A DNA stretch of 50,608 nt. It comes from Octopus bimaculoides. Taxonomy: Eukaryota. The DNA lies in NCBI RefSeq assembly GCF_001194135.2, contig NC_068984.1, positions 16,946,664 through 16,997,271 of the forward strand. The letters are read 5' to 3'. Within the stretch, counting starts at the first letter, position 1. Each line of letters starts with the position of its first letter. Positions 47,081 to 50,608 of the stretch are shown piece after piece. A program made the position numbers and the translations under genes. The notes under the pieces are model-generated. The model was not told where the DNA came from. It saw only the letters and a program-made list of their open reading frames with translations, and searched no databases.

Positions 47081-47454
47081 AACACAAATAATGACTCAAA
47101 CTTGTCACAGGTCATTATATAGGACAGTCACTCCCAAACATATTTCTACTTACAGTGTACTTTAGAGCAATTAAAATATATTAAAAAAAAATATTAAAAA
47201 TGGGATTTATGTATTTTGGCCTATAAATTACAGTCAGGTAATTATAATTTCTTTATTCTTTATGAAACACGAGCTTGCTGTTTTGAGGGAAAAATTTTTT
47301 ATATTTGCACCTATTTCAGTTAAACATATTTTCATTTCATTTTCATTACAATGAACTCTATCTCTCTCTTACTTTCTCTCTCTTACTTTCTCTCTCTTAC
47401 TTTCTCTCTCTCTCTCTCTTTCATTTAATGCTTGTGATTGAAGAAAAATCCAGT

Positions 47455-47820
47455 TCACATAAATAGTACTGATGATGATGCTGATGATGATGATGATGGC
47501 ATACACCACTCTGTAAGTATCCCCAATGTCATATCTTCATCACCCTCTCCCCACTCTCTCTCTCTTTCCCTGTATATCTATCTATTTATCTATCTATCTA
47601 TCTGTCTGTCTATTCATCTATCTATGTATCTCTCACCACTCACTCTTCACATGAGGCAGCCGTGTTTCTCCTCTGCTGCAAGAAAACCTTATTCTGCCCC
47701 TCAATACTATTCCCCCACTCAGGGAGCTTATCTTGCAACTTACTCAATGACTTCACTGCTGCTGGTGTCATGTGAAAAGTACCCAGTACACTCTGTAAAG
47801 TTGTTAGCATCCTTTTGTCT
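47455..47820 (-). mobile_element. Family B retroposon, decayed
   Basis: (GAT)n and gaaaagtacccagtacactctgtaaag pieces. Confidence 0.45.
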
Positions 47821-47899
47821 CAGGAGACAATAGAGTTGCGCATAAACTAATCCAATCTGGTTTTTACATTTCATGCCCTCTCCAGTTTCCTCTCCAGTT

Positions 47900-48420
47900 T
47901 TGCACAGGCCTGGGCTAAACGGTAAGAAAATCCTGGGTAGCCCAATCGTCAGGATTCCTCTCTCGACCTTGCTGACGTAGTCCAAAGGAATGCAGAGCAT
48001 TACGTTTGGCATCAGCTTGGTTGCAGGAGTTGCCAGAAGAGTGTCGAGTCAAGCACTAAACCACTTATGGAGATCCACTCCGGATTTCTTTGAAGGTTGT
48101 CTCCTTTCCGTAACCCTGGATAGGAGCCCATACCGGGTACTGTCAGCTGAGCCCGGGACTTGTGTCAGGCAGGGTCGTCACTCCCTGAAGTAGTGAAGAA
48201 AATCACTACCCACTACCTCTGTAAAGTATTTGGCATGGAAAAAGCATCCAGCCATGGAAACCAGGCCAAAGAAGACAGAAGAGCTAAGTGCAGTTTTATG
48301 ATTTGCCATTTCCTGTCAAACCAACCAACCCAGCATGGAAAACGGATGATAAATGATGATGTTGATAGTGATGATGCTGATGGTGGTGATGCTGCTGCTG
48401 ATAATGATGATGACGATGGA
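47900..48420 (+). mobile_element. Internally deleted RTE-like element: GC-rich structured leader joined to a family B 3' end
   Basis: GC/CpG-rich 47900-48200 runs directly into cccactacctctgtaaag...gcatccagcc...gcatggaaaacggatgataaat(gat)n. Confidence 0.45.
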
Positions 48421-48640
48421 CTATTTCCCTTTTACCAAATCTATTTGCAAGACTTCGGATGGCCCAGAACTATAGCAGAAAATACTTGCCCAAAGTGCAG
48501 CACAATGGGTCTGAAGCCGTGATCATATGGTTAGGAAGCAAGCTTCTTACCAGACAGCCATACTTGTACCTATGTATCTACCTCAATATAGAATAGTATG
48601 TCCAACAAAATTACTTTACTGTTCTTATTTAGATCATCAG

Positions 48641-48673
<33 letters not shown>

Positions 48674-48860
48674 ATATAATTCCAGACAAAGTCTTGTGAT
48701 AAATATAATCAACTAAAGCTTTTGAAGGTGCAACCCTGGCATGGCTGCGATCATCCAGTGAGTGTAACAAATAACATAGTCAAAGAACAACACTATAACT
48801 GGCTTCCAGTACTGATTCACAACATAGCAGTCTGCAATCAAATCAATATTACCGTATTAC

Positions 48861-49065
48861 CTGTCTGCATGGCGTCGCAGGAAGTCTGTAACTTCCAGTT
48901 CTGTTTGAGGGCAGTTTATAAAAATTGGTATCCAGACTAGAAAAAGATCAAAGGTTACTAAAGCCATGGAAAACTTCAAGCATTTTCTGAGATCCATTTT
49001 GTAGAAGCTCGTGATAACACCACCAACAATCATTCCAATAGAAGACATCAAGACAAATGTGGTAC
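48861..49065 (-). CDS. SLCO: SLCO/OATP coding exon (205 nt); most 5' exon found, gene continues beyond the window
   Basis: caaaag|(G)TTFVLMSSIGMIVGGVITSFYKMDLRKCLKFSMALVTFDLFLVWIPIFINCPQTELEV...AD(S)|gtaata. TM8-9 with G...GG and the conserved CP; phase 1 to 2. Confidence 0.88.
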
Positions 49066-49899
49066 CTTTTGAGGGATAAGAAATATAAGAATATTAGTTT
49101 ACATCATAAGAAACTATGAGAGAATGTGAAATAATTCATTTTTAATGGTTGAACCATCTGAAGTAGATAAAGCTATTAGTAACAGCATGTAAATATTGGC
49201 TTAAAAGCCTTTGGCAACCTTTGACTTTTCCTATCCAAAGGGGTTTTTTTTTACTCAATATTTACATGCTATTATTTATTGTTTTTATCTACTTTGAGTT
49301 CAAACCTAAAAACAAAAAAATATTAGTATTTTTATGTAGTATTTTGATCAAGTGTAAGAATAGTTTCCACAAGTAAGTTCTCCATGTTTGAATTATTTTT
49401 AGCTTTATATAAATATAACTATATATAAGTTCAATATTTAAAAATAAATGTTTTGAGTATGTATTAGACATATACTTAAGATTCTACCACTGTATGTGTT
49501 TATATTACATTAACAATAAGACAGCAGACTGACTTTTTGATTTTAACAGAACCTTATTTCCAACCAATCAAATTTTATCATTATTTTCCAGTAATCAAAT
49601 GTTATTATGTGCTGATGTATCTTCTGCTTGCATTCAATGAACATTGTTATGAATAAGATTAGAAGAATGTCATTAGTAGGAGTGCAAACAAATAAGTATA
49701 AACAAATACGACCACTATTCTGCTAGTATATTACAGTTCACGAATATCCTGAAATGTAAAACTAACAATCTCTTTACCAGAATGGAGGAAGACATGGAAA
49801 AATGGGGTACATATCAGCTTTGTAGTTAATCACAGAAGTCAAATATATAACTCCATTATTCCTGTTCTTCCCTGTAGTTAAGGTTGGGTTACAGTTTTT

Positions 49900-50520
49900 A
49901 TAATAATAATAATAATAATAATAACATGCTTATTGTATACAGTGCTCAAGTGTTCTGTATCACATCAGAAAAGGTTGAAAGATAGAACAGAGGGCTGACA
50001 TATAAGTCAAGTAAAGAAAGTCAGCAATGGAAGCTAGAAGTACTTACACAATGCACTGAATAAAACACAAAAAGATAGACAAATGGACATTAAGAGAGTC
50101 ATAAAGAGAAATGGATGCATAGACACGTCAGGAGTAGTGTTGGTAAATTTTGGGAACATAGAACTTTTGAAGGCTGCAGTGTCTTGACAGTTTATTCCAT
50201 GATTTGACAATTCTGTGTGCAAAGAAAAAAAAAAGTGCTTTTGAAGGTCATGGATGCTGCTGATGCAGTACTGTTTTTTTGTTTTTAATTTTATAAGTGC
50301 TTGTCTATGTGTGGTAGAGATACTGAATTCAAAAAGGTGACCAAAGTTGTTGAGGGAAAGATGGTGGATAACCTTGTGAGCTTCTACTAAGTCCGCTACT
50401 GGAAGATGAAAAAGTGATTAACCAACAAAATAGTGAGATTAAATTGTACCAGATAACATCTAATGAAGTCAGAAACTGCAGGTATGGTAATGATAGTTTT
50501 TTTATGAGAACTTGGAATAT
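49900..50520 (-). mobile_element. CR1/L2-like LINE 3' end with (TTA)n tail
   Basis: Minus strand FFAHRIVKSWNKLS (FF..R+V..WN.L motif). The tail region matches 34410-34500. Confidence 0.6.
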
Positions 50521-50548
50521 ATTCCCAAAGATTCATTCCACATTGAAA

Positions 50549-50550
<2 letters not shown>

Positions 50551-50608
<58 letters not shown>
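50551..50608. repeat. (TATC)n microsatellite
   Basis: Perfect tetranucleotide run to the window end. Confidence 0.95.

Noticed and set aside
47920-48200. Canonical HDV-like ribozyme
   Set aside because: No P3-UCCNCGY-P3' loop with P1/P1.1 partners found on either strand. Kept only as an unassigned structured leader.
50034-50222. Hydrophobic 62-aa ORF with a gtaagt donor as the next SLCO exon
   Set aside because: It lacks OATP motifs (no NP..F or PKY.E) and overlaps a CR1-like LINE tail whose WN.L motif is in another frame.

Overview
AT-rich, repeat-dense animal genomic DNA from a gapped draft assembly. The repeat families and genes point to a coleoid cephalopod, most likely Octopus; this is an inference. 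In order, the window holds: (1) 1-4.7 kb, a co-oriented cluster of decayed Merlin (IS1595/ISXO2-like) transposase pieces next to one intact 295-aa Merlin-derived ORF that has lost its first catalytic Asp, a candidate domesticated transposase gene; (2) an intron-containing tRNA-Lys(UUU) at 7705-7796; (3) COMMD1 (+, 3 exons, 192 aa); (4) SAYSD1 (-, 2 exons, 163 aa), head-to-head with (5) an intronless DNAJC27/RBJ (+, 268 aa); (6) the last five coding exons of an SLCO/OATP transporter (-), whose 5' part lies beyond the window. Introns and intergenic DNA contain tRNA-derived SINEs, RTE/CR1/R4/CRE-type LINE remnants, mariner/hAT/piggyBac MITEs (several nested), three long fold-back palindromes and two decayed minimal hammerhead-ribozyme motifs. 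Exon boundaries were derived by hand from GT-AG sites and reading-frame phase. Repeat boundaries are approximate and family names come from motif recognition, not database searches.
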